A stretch of DNA of 32,000 nucleotides from Nitrososphaerota archaeon (GTDB taxonomy: Archaea > Thermoproteota > Nitrososphaeria > Nitrososphaerales > UBA57). The stretch lies in the NCBI GenBank assembly GCA_002713205.1, contig PAVW01000011.1:51388-83387 (forward strand), written 5' to 3'. The position numbers and the translations under genes are program-made. Below the pieces are notes generated by a model that was given only the letters and a program-made list of their open reading frames with translations, had not been told where the DNA came from and ran no database searches. Below, one piece after another: positions 17,817-26,582 of this stretch (its first letter is position 1; every line of letters starts with the position of its first letter).

Positions 17817-17883
17817 GGGACGAACTCACATACTCAAGATCCTCGTCACCATATCAGAGGGCTATATCGTCATTGTTCATCCC
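17817..17883 (-). ncRNA. candidate small structured RNA with C/D-box-like layout (non-canonical boxes)
   Basis: A GC-rich island in an AT-rich spacer. Minus-strand reading: GGGAUGAAC-A-AUGACGA-UAUAGCCCU-CUGA-UAUG-GUGACGA-GGAUCUUGAGUAU-GUGA-GUUCGUCCC. The 9-bp terminal stem has one G.U on the minus strand, which is a C.A mismatch on the plus strand. A TATA box lies at -30..-21. Confidence 0.4.
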
Positions 17884-17903
17884 ATATGTATAAAAAATAT
17901 AAG

Positions 17904-17913
17904 AAATATTTAA
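17904..17913 (-). promoter_or_regulatory. TATA box (TTAAATATTT on the minus strand) positioned for a transcript starting near 17883
   Basis: It lies 21-30 nt upstream of the first G of the 9-bp stem of the candidate sRNA, and downstream of the tatA stop. Confidence 0.4.
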
Positions 17914-17935
17914 CGTGAACTAATTCATAAAAGAA

Positions 17936-18259
17936 TCATGAATTCAATTTTCTTTTTATAGCTTCTCGTATTTCATCTTCTGTTTTTGTAGTAACATCAA
18001 TACCCAAGGCTGAAGCAGATTTTTGTAATTCTAATTTAGTGAGACTTTTAGAAACAGATGTGGTTTTAAATCCTTTATATGATGAATTAATCTCATCCTC
18101 TAGTTCTCGTTTACCCTTTTGGAATTCTCCCATTGCTTTACCTAAGCTTCGTGCTAATTCTGGTAATTTGTCAGTTCCTACCAACAAAACACTAGCAATT
18201 AAGATAATCCATATCCACTCCATTCCACCTACAATTAGAAAAAACGAATCCATCATCAA
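17936..18259 (-). CDS. tatA: twin-arginine translocase subunit TatA/E
   Basis: 107 aa with an N-terminal TM followed by GTDKLPELARSLGKAMGEFQKG, the TatA hinge/amphipathic helix signature. Confidence 0.88.
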   Translation of the reverse strand: MMMDSFFLIVGGMEWIWIILIASVLLVGTDKLPELARSLGKAMGEFQKGKRELEDEINSSYKGFKTTSVSKSLTKLELQKSASALGIDVTTKTEDEIREAIKRKLNS

Positions 18260-18318
18260 TTTTATAAATTATATATTATTTAGCCAAAAGAAAAGCTTTT
18301 TTAAATAAAACAATTGAT

Positions 18319-18834
18319 TTGTATCCATTGATAAATACAATTCCTGATATAACATATTTTATAATATTTTTAGGCATATTAGTTTCAATAGGTTCAGGTT
18401 ATTCACGAAAAAGATTTTCAGATGTGGAAGGAACAAAACGGATATCCAAAGAGGTTTCTGCATATAATAAAGAATTGAGATCAGCAATAATGGGCAAAGA
18501 TAAAATTAAAGAAGCAAAATTAAAGAAAAGGGAGCCACAAATGAAGCAAAAGCAAGCAAAACTAGCTAGAGATAGTTTGAAGCCTACATTAATTTTTCTA
18601 GCCCCACTGATGGCTGTTTGGATCTTAATATTACCGAGGATACTAGGAGATGATTGGTTCACTATACCAGCGGCTTCATCGCCAATAGCAATGAATATAA
18701 TACTATTTTCAACTACAGTAGTAGAACTTGGCAATGGAACAATAATTAATAATGCAGTGCCAACATTTTTTTGGTATTTAATATCATCAATAGCGTTCCA
18801 AGGAATAATAATGAAGTTATTAAAATTAACATAA
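18319..18834 (+). CDS. DUF106/EMC3-like membrane protein (archaeal YidC/Oxa1-like insertase candidate)
   Basis: 171 aa. TM1, then a K/E-rich coiled segment (KEVSAYNKELRSA...KLKKREPQMKQKQAKLARDSLKP), then two more TMs. TTG start. Confidence 0.55.
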   Translation: MYPLINTIPDITYFIIFLGILVSIGSGYSRKRFSDVEGTKRISKEVSAYNKELRSAIMGKDKIKEAKLKKREPQMKQKQAKLARDSLKPTLIFLAPLMAVWILILPRILGDDWFTIPAASSPIAMNIILFSTTVVELGNGTIINNAVPTFFWYLISSIAFQGIIMKLLKLT

Positions 18835-18853
18835 TGAATTTATTGGTATTGAA

Positions 18854-19618
18854 TTAGAACATAACAGTACCACCGTCAATAATAATCGTCTGTCCAGTAA
18901 CAAAGCTAAAATTATCAGAAACTATCATAAGACAAGTTTTTGCAACTTCTTTAGGTTCGCCCCAGCGTCGTAAGGAAGATTCATTTCCAAGTTTTTCTTG
19001 TTCAATTTTATCAAGTTGATCAAAAGTAGAAGAGCTTTTGATATTCCCAAGTGCCAAAGTATTAACACGAATGTTAAATTTTCCATATTCTAAAGCTAAA
19101 TGTTTAGTAAGTCCAAGAAGGCTAGATTTTGCAATTGTATATGGTATACCTTTATCATAACCTGTAATTGCGGGTGTAGATGATATATTAACAATATTTC
19201 CATTCTTTTGTTTTTTCATTATAGGAATAATCTGCATACAGCACCGTATACTCCCTAATAGATCAACATCAAGTACATGTTGATAATCATCAATATTGAG
19301 AGATTCAAAAGAGGAATTCCAATATTTGTTCTTAAGTGGATAACCTGCATTATTAATCAGAATATCAATTTTATCATAATGATCAATCACTGTTTTAACA
19401 AGATTAGTTACACTATCAGTTTTACTAACATCAGTTTTCAATGCCATAGAATCAGTACCGTAAGAAGATAAATCTTCAACAATGTTTTTAGCAATGTCGA
19501 GAGATCTTGATGTAACTACTACATTGGCTCCATGTTTTGAAAATATTTTAGCTATAGAAAGACCGATACCCTTCGTAGAACCAGTAACAATTGCTACTTT
19601 ATCAGATAATAGAGCCAT
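18854..19618 (-). CDS. short-chain dehydrogenase/reductase (FabG-like)
   Basis: 254 aa with TGSTKGIGLSIA (cofactor motif), NNAG and YTIAKSS (catalytic YxxxK). Confidence 0.88.
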   Translation of the reverse strand: MALLSDKVAIVTGSTKGIGLSIAKIFSKHGANVVVTSRSLDIAKNIVEDLSSYGTDSMALKTDVSKTDSVTNLVKTVIDHYDKIDILINNAGYPLKNKYWNSSFESLNIDDYQHVLDVDLLGSIRCCMQIIPIMKKQKNGNIVNISSTPAITGYDKGIPYTIAKSSLLGLTKHLALEYGKFNIRVNTLALGNIKSSSTFDQLDKIEQEKLGNESSLRRWGEPKEVAKTCLMIVSDNFSFVTGQTIIIDGGTVMF

Positions 19619-19704
19619 AAGAATAGGTATTATGAAGATAATTTCAACGTTTCGTTATGTAATATGTCAGAAATTTATATAGTAAAAATATAAATTATGA
19701 ATAC

Positions 19705-20157
19705 ATGTCAGAAGAGCTAATTAATAAAATAAAAGAATATATTCCTGATTTCAATGGATATTCACAAGAAAATTTTATTGAATCTGAATCATCAATAAGA
19801 AAAAAATCAATAGAAGAATTACAAATAGGCATGAATTTAATAAAAGAGCAACTAAACAATAATAAATTAAATGATATAAAAAAATCTGTAGGGGAAGCTG
19901 TGATAGAAAAATTCAAAACAAGTATAGAAAATTTAAAGAAAAATATTGAAATGATAGATTTATTTTCAAATGAAAAAATAACTAATTTATTAACTCAGGA
20001 TATAAATTTAATTACAAAATCAATAGCAATTAAAGAAAAAGCAGTAAGAGTTTCTAGAGAAATACCCAATGCAAGATCTTGGGATAATGAAATTGATGAA
20101 TTATATAATAAATTCAAAGAATTATCACCCATGGTGAAAAAGAGAACCAATCAATAA
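19705..20157 (+). CDS. hypothetical all-helical soluble protein
   Basis: 150 aa, K/E/N/I-rich with heptad-like stretches and an ATG start. No family recognised. Confidence 0.45.
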   Translation: MSEELINKIKEYIPDFNGYSQENFIESESSIRKKSIEELQIGMNLIKEQLNNNKLNDIKKSVGEAVIEKFKTSIENLKKNIEMIDLFSNEKITNLLTQDINLITKSIAIKEKAVRVSREIPNARSWDNEIDELYNKFKELSPMVKKRTNQ

Positions 20158-20186
20158 AACAATATAAATGAAAAATATAATTAACA

Positions 20187-20645
20187 ATGAATCAAATTTA
20201 TCCAGAGCCAACAGTTGGGGCTTTAGTTTTAAATAACCAAAACAAAATTTTATTGGTTAAATCACATAAATGGATTAATAACAGATATTCAGTTCCTGGA
20301 GGTCATGTAGAAATAGGGGAATCATTATCTACTGCTATAATACGGGAAGTTAAAGAAGAAACTGGGTTAGAGATATTACCAAAAAGATTGTTTATGATAC
20401 AAGAATGTATAAAATCAGATGAATTTTATAAACCAAAGCATTTTATATTCTTTGATTTTATTTGCTTGAGTAAAAATGACAATATTACGTTAGATAAAAA
20501 CGAATTACAAGAATATATCTGGGCGAATATAGAAGATATAAATGAAGATCAGCTTGAGCCATTTACAAGAAATTTAATAGATAAATTTAGGAATGATCAG
20601 GATTTAACTGGGACAAAAATTTATATGATTCCTACAGAAAATTAA
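20187..20645 (+). CDS. NUDIX hydrolase
   Basis: Nudix box GGHVEIGESLSTAIIREVKEETGLE. Confidence 0.9.
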   Translation: MNQIYPEPTVGALVLNNQNKILLVKSHKWINNRYSVPGGHVEIGESLSTAIIREVKEETGLEILPKRLFMIQECIKSDEFYKPKHFIFFDFICLSKNDNITLDKNELQEYIWANIEDINEDQLEPFTRNLIDKFRNDQDLTGTKIYMIPTEN

Positions 20646-21622
20646 CATAAAGTAATATTCTGACCAAGTCCTTTCTCAATTGCTTTGTCAAAAACAAACT
20701 TGGCTGTAGATATATCTTCGAGTGAAAGACCCATAGATTTGAATAATGTTATTTCGTCATCAGTAAGACGTCCAGGTTTTTGACCACTTACAATCTCTGC
20801 TAGTTCAGCATAAATAATGTTATCAGTTATCTCGCCATTCTGAATAGGAATAATTAACTCCCCCGCTTCACGTAATGCAGCAGAACGTTCATCTACTACG
20901 ACTTTACTTTTCTCAATTGTTCTTAAATCAACTTCTCGGGTTTCTTTTGTATGGGCACCAATACAATTAATATGTATTCCATTATCAAGTAGATTTCCAT
21001 CAAATAATGGTGTTGGAGATGTAGTGGATGTAACCAATATGTCAGTATTAAGAAGTTTGGTAATATTTTTTTCAATGATAATAGGAATATCAAGTAAATC
21101 TTCCAGCTCATGAATATAATCAGATTTAGAATTAATAGAGGGACTATTAATGAAAATTTCTTTGATATGTCGAACAGAACAAATAGCCATTAATTGAAAT
21201 TTAGATTGAAACCCAGAACCCAATATACTTAATTTAGATGAATTTTTTTTAGATAAATATTTAGTAGCTATTCCAGTTGTGGCTCCAGTTCTCATACCAG
21301 TAATTAGTGAACCATCAATTATTCCAATTAATTCACCGGTATTAACATCAATTAGCGATATGACAGCTTGCGTAGTAGGTTTGTTGATTTCAATATTTTT
21401 AGGAAATACGGTTACAAGTTTAGTGCCCAATGCAGCCATATTTTTCATATGTGCGGACATAATTCCAAACCAACCATTTTTATCTTCAAGAACAAATACA
21501 TCACGATCAGTCATGTTAACTTGCTTTCTTGAAAGTTCAATAAAGCTTTTTTCAAGAATTGAAATAGTATCATTAATTGTTAATATAGATTCAACATCAT
21601 CAGAAGTTAATACCAATACCAA
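20642..21622 (-). CDS. ornithine cyclodeaminase/mu-crystallin family enzyme (possibly archaeal alanine dehydrogenase type)
   Basis: 326 aa with the family-typical ITGMRTGA and ILGSGFQS (NAD motif). TTG start 14 nt after the hisC stop, with GGTGA 5 nt upstream. Confidence 0.8.
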   Translation of the reverse strand: MVLVLTSDDVESILTINDTISILEKSFIELSRKQVNMTDRDVFVLEDKNGWFGIMSAHMKNMAALGTKLVTVFPKNIEINKPTTQAVISLIDVNTGELIGIIDGSLITGMRTGATTGIATKYLSKKNSSKLSILGSGFQSKFQLMAICSVRHIKEIFINSPSINSKSDYIHELEDLLDIPIIIEKNITKLLNTDILVTSTTSPTPLFDGNLLDNGIHINCIGAHTKETREVDLRTIEKSKVVVDERSAALREAGELIIPIQNGEITDNIIYAELAEIVSGQKPGRLTDDEITLFKSMGLSLEDISTAKFVFDKAIEKGLGQNITLC

Positions 21623-21636
21623 TCAAGTCACCAATA

Positions 21637-22725
21637 TTATATCAGGTCTTCAAATGCTTTGAGTAATTTCACATTTTCATCTTTTAATCCTATATTTATT
21701 CGAATATATTTTTCAAGTCCTTTGGTCGAACTGACATCTCTCACAACAATACCATTATTGAGTAATTCGGAATGGACTTGTGAACCATCTTTATTATCAA
21801 ATTTAATTAACATAAAATTAGAATAGCTTGGAATTATAGAAACATTATTTAATTGAGACAGTTTTTCTTCAAATAATTTTTTTTCTTTCATTATCTCAGA
21901 GACATTATTTTTCATCCAATTAATATCATTTAATGCAATTTTTGCCAAATGAACGGATATTGTACCGACGCTATTAGGTGGACGAACTTTATTCAATAAA
22001 GATGTAGTAGATTTAGATGATATAATATAACCAACTCGTAAACCTGCCAATCCAAAAGCCTTAGAGAGAGTTCTAACTATAATTATATTATTGTACTTGT
22101 CTATAAGATCAACTAAGGTATTATCAGTATACTCAAAGTATGCTTCATCAATAATTATGGGGATATTAGATGCATTATTATCAAGAAAGAGCTCAATATC
22201 TTTTCTATGAATTATATTTCCTGTTGGATTATTTGGGTTACAAAGAATAATCAAACTAATGTTATCATTAAGATTCTTTAACATTGTATGAAAATCATCG
22301 GAAAAATCGGATTTACGTTGGATTTCAAGAGGAATACCACCGAGAATTTGGGCCATCTTTTCATAATATGAATAGGTAGGTGTAGACAACATAACCTTAC
22401 TATCAGGTTCAATAAATAATGAGCCTGTCATGAATAATCCTTCATCGGCACCATTTGTCAAGATTATTTCATCTATATCACGTGAACAATAATCAGCAAT
22501 TAATTGTCTGACAGAGACATATGACGAATCAGGGTATTTGTTTATTTCAATATCTTGTAACTGGTTAGATAATGTTTCCAGCCAGTGATAAGGTAGATTA
22601 TGAGATACATTAGTATCAAATCGAGTTATATCTTCTGGACTTTTGCCAATTGAATTAGCTATTTCTAGATTTGACTGTTCCCAACTATATGGAATAAAAT
22701 CTTTAAGAAATTTTCTAATTTTCAT
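21637..22725 (-). CDS. hisC: histidinol-phosphate aminotransferase (class I/II aminotransferase)
   Basis: 362 aa with NPNNPTGN and the PLP-lysine motif LSKAFGLAGLRVGY. Confidence 0.82.
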   Translation of the reverse strand: MKIRKFLKDFIPYSWEQSNLEIANSIGKSPEDITRFDTNVSHNLPYHWLETLSNQLQDIEINKYPDSSYVSVRQLIADYCSRDIDEIILTNGADEGLFMTGSLFIEPDSKVMLSTPTYSYYEKMAQILGGIPLEIQRKSDFSDDFHTMLKNLNDNISLIILCNPNNPTGNIIHRKDIELFLDNNASNIPIIIDEAYFEYTDNTLVDLIDKYNNIIIVRTLSKAFGLAGLRVGYIISSKSTTSLLNKVRPPNSVGTISVHLAKIALNDINWMKNNVSEIMKEKKLFEEKLSQLNNVSIIPSYSNFMLIKFDNKDGSQVHSELLNNGIVVRDVSSTKGLEKYIRINIGLKDENVKLLKAFEDLI

Positions 22726-22760
22726 ATTTAATTCAAATATTTAATTAGATAATCATTATA

Positions 22761-23261
22761 TTAATTCCTTTGTGATTTTATTTTTAAATTGAGTTGAAGA
22801 TGATCTAAGTTTAAGAGAGAAGAAAAAGCTGAATGGACAACTAGTGTATCGTTGTCATTAGTAGCATCAATCAATGCATTGCGTGCAGATTGATCGCCAA
22901 TAGAACCTAAAGCAACTGCCGATTCATGTCTAACTACATTATTAGAATCACTAAGCATTGCATCTATAAGAGCAGGAACGGATTCAACATATCCAAGTTG
23001 TCCGAGCGTAAACGCAGCTTCATGTCTTACCAATGAAGTTTTATCATTTTTTAGAATTTCTGAGAGAACCGGAATAACTGCTTCATTACCAATATCTGCA
23101 AGAATACAAACAGCACGCGTTCGTACAGAAATGCTTTCATCCTGTTGTAGTAAATTAATGAAATATTCAACATTTTTTTTGTCAAATGCCTTGTCGCATT
23201 CTTGAAAGATATCAAGATCATTTGGAGATATTGTAACAAGTTGATTTTTTTGTTTAGGCAA
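22761..23261 (-). CDS. HEAT-repeat (PBS-lyase-like) protein
   Basis: Repeated units VRTRAVCILADIG / VRHEAAFTLGQLG / VRHESAVALGSIG. TTG start. Confidence 0.75.
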   Translation of the reverse strand: MPKQKNQLVTISPNDLDIFQECDKAFDKKNVEYFINLLQQDESISVRTRAVCILADIGNEAVIPVLSEILKNDKTSLVRHEAAFTLGQLGYVESVPALIDAMLSDSNNVVRHESAVALGSIGDQSARNALIDATNDNDTLVVHSAFSSLLNLDHLQLNLKIKSQRN

Positions 23262-23322
23262 TGTGTACGAAATTGAGTACTATTAATTCATTATAAAATT
23301 TATCCCAAGTTAGTGAAAAAGA

Positions 23323-24606
23323 TCAATTTTTACAATAAATCATAATATATTCATGAGAATAAGATTTAATACAAGAACTGCTTTTAGACGAAACAAATCG
23401 ACCAGTTTCTGGATCTCTTGTAAATGGTAATGATTTGAAAGGTATATCTCTCTTTATTAATTGATTTTTCGTGAAACCAAGATTGGTTAAGATTTCAGTA
23501 AATACTTGAGTATTTAATATAGAAACGCCACGTAATGTCGTATCACCTATAACAACTGCTAGACGTCCATTAGTTTTTAATAATTGATTAGATTTAATGA
23601 AAAAATCCTGCATATCAAGAAAATATGATGAAACAGTCTTTGACAAATTTTTATCTTGAACTAATAGATCTTCGATAATAGAAGATGCAGTATCACTAAA
23701 TATTTTATGCGGAGTAGTTTTTCTACGCGAAGAACCAATAAAATTTTCATGGTTAGGGATATTAGAAAAAAAATCTTGAAGAAAATTAAGGCTTAAAGAA
23801 TGAATGTCTCTATATTCATAACTAACCACATATGGAGGAGATGTTACGATTAAAGAACATTGATTATTAGAAGTAATATTCTTTATATCGCCGAGTTGTA
23901 CCTGTCTGTAATGATCTATATTATTTTTAATTTTTTCAGGGAGGATTAAATTAAATTGTTGATTTCGCAATTCCATTTTTTTAACATGTGAAAAGAATCT
24001 AGATATAGGTTCATTAGTTTTATTTAGAAATTTATCTTTAATCTTATGAGGTTTAACTGAACCATTGTTCCAATAACTAGAACTCTTTAGTATATGTGAA
24101 AATGCACATAAGAAAAAAAACATAACGTATTGAGGTTTTATTTTTTTAATTTCAATTAGAATGTTTTTTAGTGTGTTATATGTAGATATATCAAACCAAT
24201 TAGATAATTTTTCAGGAGGATAATCATCATGGTCATAGTCAGTATGTTTAAGATTATAATTAATTGATTCAATTTCTTTTTGTAATTTTAATGAATTAAT
24301 AGGAGTAGTTTTTGCCATTGTAATCAAATAAGCAATTGGATTAATATCAGTACCATAACCTATTCGGTTATGGAGGATTGATTCTAGTATAGCAGAGCCA
24401 GAGCCATAAAATGGATCACAAATTATTTCATTTTCTTTAGAATTTTCCAATATCAATTTGCGTGCCAATTGAGGAATAAATTTAGCTGGATATCGGTGAT
24501 AACAATGAGTAAGATAATTCGTATCCTTTTGTGTAAGATTTGAGAATGACCAAGATTCTGATGGTCGAATGAGAGATATTGTTTTATATTTATGTACAGA
24601 AGCCAT
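23323..24606 (-). CDS. DNA methyltransferase (N4-cytosine/N6-adenine family, SPPY catalytic motif), solitary
   Basis: HRYPAKFIPQLARKLI...ICDPFYGSGSAILES...GTDINP is the motif X/I block at residues ~37-90. About 175 aa later come VTSPPYVVSYEY (motif IV) and LKTNGRLAVVIG. ATG start. Confidence 0.72.
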   Translation of the reverse strand: MASVHKYKTISLIRPSESWSFSNLTQKDTNYLTHCYHRYPAKFIPQLARKLILENSKENEIICDPFYGSGSAILESILHNRIGYGTDINPIAYLITMAKTTPINSLKLQKEIESINYNLKHTDYDHDDYPPEKLSNWFDISTYNTLKNILIEIKKIKPQYVMFFFLCAFSHILKSSSYWNNGSVKPHKIKDKFLNKTNEPISRFFSHVKKMELRNQQFNLILPEKIKNNIDHYRQVQLGDIKNITSNNQCSLIVTSPPYVVSYEYRDIHSLSLNFLQDFFSNIPNHENFIGSSRRKTTPHKIFSDTASSIIEDLLVQDKNLSKTVSSYFLDMQDFFIKSNQLLKTNGRLAVVIGDTTLRGVSILNTQVFTEILTNLGFTKNQLIKRDIPFKSLPFTRDPETGRFVSSKSSSCIKSYSHEYIMIYCKN

Positions 24607-24884
24607 TTTAAATCATTTTCATCCACAAGTATTCCAAAATACGAATTTTGAGATTTCTTGCAGAATATTAATTTGGCAAAATGAGAATTTTATAAAATAA
24701 GTTTAGAATAAATGACTTGTAACGTAAAACAACTTGGTATAATCAAGAGCAAAATATAACAATAAAGCAAAAATTCAGCTATTTTGGCATATGGTAAATG
24801 TCAATGTTTAGAAATGCTTGACATCGAAAGGGAGTTTCAGGTGAAATTACAAAAGGATTAAGACGACTAAAAGATGCAGCGTCA

Positions 24885-25031
24885 ATGACGGCTGCTCCAG
24901 AACAAGCTATAGGCATCTGTGATAGTCTTATTGATGAAATTTGGCCAAACCAAAAGCACCCAATATGTACTATATGCAAAAAAAACAGTAAATATATGTT
25001 CTTTAATATTTGTATGGAGTGTGCTGATTGA
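24885..25031 (+). CDS. possible 48-aa zinc-ribbon mini-protein, or the middle piece of a twice-frameshifted ~106-codon gene spanning 24814..25134
   Basis: MTAAPEQAIGICDSLIDEIWPNQKHPICTICKKNSKYMFFNICMECAD contains CxxC-x11-CxxC. Protein-like sequence continues upstream and downstream only in the +1-offset frame. Confidence 0.3.
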   Translation: MTAAPEQAIGICDSLIDEIWPNQKHPICTICKKNSKYMFFNICMECAD

Positions 25032-25163
25032 AGTTCCAGATTCTTCAGGTTCAACAACCCATGCGATTGCAGTATGGGTAAAAAGTAAGACATTTACAGA
25101 ATCTTTAATCAGTTCCCTAATCGAAGAAAATTAATTGATTATAACGAATAAAATTAATTATAA

Positions 25164-26444
25164 TTATGATTTTGGTGAAATAGGCTGTTCAGGTGGATTA
25201 TTTCTAGCATGAACAAAACTTCCAATTGCTGAAACAAGAACTGAAAAAATAATTACTGAAACGACTAAATCTTGCATATATGGGAAATTTAAATCATAAT
25301 TCATAGGCAACTGAGTTACAGCAGCTGCTGCTAAACCTCGTGGCAACATAAGAGAGAGAAATTTGATTTCTGCACCATAAGTTCGATTATTCCGTACAGT
25401 AGTATAAAGTGCAAGATAGCGACTTCCAAATAACAGAACGGTAACCAAAATCCCAAGAATTAAGATCATTGGGCCAATTTTGAATATCATTCCGAGATAT
25501 ACAAAGAAGAACGTGGTAAGTAAAAAGGAAATTTGGCCTTGGAATTTTCGCATTAATGAACCTGCATCTACAGGAGTAGTTTGAAATGAAGGAATAAATC
25601 CAAAATCTTTTCCATTGCCAAGAACTAAGCCAAAACATAGTGCAGCAAGTGCACCATTACCACCACTTATTTCAGATATTCCATAAAGCATTAAACATGT
25701 AGTTAAGGTTAAGACATCATCATGAACTATATCATATTGTGAAGATATTTTACCAGTATTTTTTGGAAAGCTTTGTAAAATGTACAACCAAATCAATCCA
25801 CCTAGTAATCCAAAAACTATACCGATAGAAAATTTACCAGCAATACCTTGTAGAAAAGTTGTGATACTAATAGTATCAGACGAACCAGGATTTACCATTA
25901 CATTAAGTATAGTCACTCCAATGACAATAACAAAAACATCTGTAAAGGCAGATTCAATAGTTAAGAATGTTTCAAGTTTTTTATCAACTTTTAATCTACT
26001 AACAAGCGGAATTATAACTGCAGAACTAGTACCAGCTAAAGCAGCACCAAAAAATAATGAAGGTAATAAAGCATCTAACCCAATTCCCCAAGCTGAATCA
26101 AAAATGTAATTATTAATTATTAATCCAAACGCACTAGTAACAATAATGGTAAGTAAAACACTAGTAGCTGTAACAAGAAATCCTTTAGGAGTTTCTGCAA
26201 TAACTTGGCGTATCTTAAGATACATGCCACCATTAAATAATATGACTGCTATCGCTATGGAAGCTAAATATGGGGCAATAAATTGTAAACCCTCAGTAGT
26301 ACCACCAAGAAGTGAAGATGCAATAATTCCAAGTAGTATCAAAATTGGAATATCAGGGATGCGGGTTCGTTCAAAAATATTGGAAGCCAGATAACCAATT
26401 ATCGTTATAACCCCAATTAAAAAGAAAACATATTCTATTTCCAT
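25164..26444 (-). CDS. cation:proton antiporter (Na+/H+ exchanger, CPA1-like)
   Basis: 426 aa with about 11-12 TMs and no soluble domain. Layout is typical of the Na_H_Exchanger family. Confidence 0.75.
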   Translation of the reverse strand: MEIEYVFFLIGVITIIGYLASNIFERTRIPDIPILILLGIIASSLLGGTTEGLQFIAPYLASIAIAVILFNGGMYLKIRQVIAETPKGFLVTATSVLLTIIVTSAFGLIINNYIFDSAWGIGLDALLPSLFFGAALAGTSSAVIIPLVSRLKVDKKLETFLTIESAFTDVFVIVIGVTILNVMVNPGSSDTISITTFLQGIAGKFSIGIVFGLLGGLIWLYILQSFPKNTGKISSQYDIVHDDVLTLTTCLMLYGISEISGGNGALAALCFGLVLGNGKDFGFIPSFQTTPVDAGSLMRKFQGQISFLLTTFFFVYLGMIFKIGPMILILGILVTVLLFGSRYLALYTTVRNNRTYGAEIKFLSLMLPRGLAAAAVTQLPMNYDLNFPYMQDLVVSVIIFSVLVSAIGSFVHARNNPPEQPISPKS

Positions 26445-26582
26445 ATTTTTTATTCCCCCGAGTTTTTCTTTATGATATTATTGTTCTTATACTTTTAAAC
26501 AACAGGGACTAATGTTGTTGAATTGCCAAAAGAAGAATTATAATGACATATATAAACAAATTATCTCATAAAAAATGATAGA

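Noticed and set aside
24850-25031. Programmed ribosomal frameshifting at the two frame switches of the Zn-ribbon locus, and at 28331..28337
   Set aside because: There is no X XXY YYZ slippery heptamer at the -1 sites. The +1 site (gat tga a) lacks a codon allowing cognate re-pairing, unlike the RF2-type CUU UGA. Simple 1-nt indels in short homopolymers explain the pattern more economically.
24779-25093. Uninterrupted 104-aa minus-strand ORF between the antiporter and the methyltransferase
   Set aside because: Its composition is F/L/I/S/H-rich with very few K/E/D, matching the antisense shadow ORFs seen inside confirmed genes here (e.g. 3862..4212). The plus strand carries K/E/D/N-rich, CxxC-containing sequence. 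It is not fully excluded and is flagged in the findings as the alternative.
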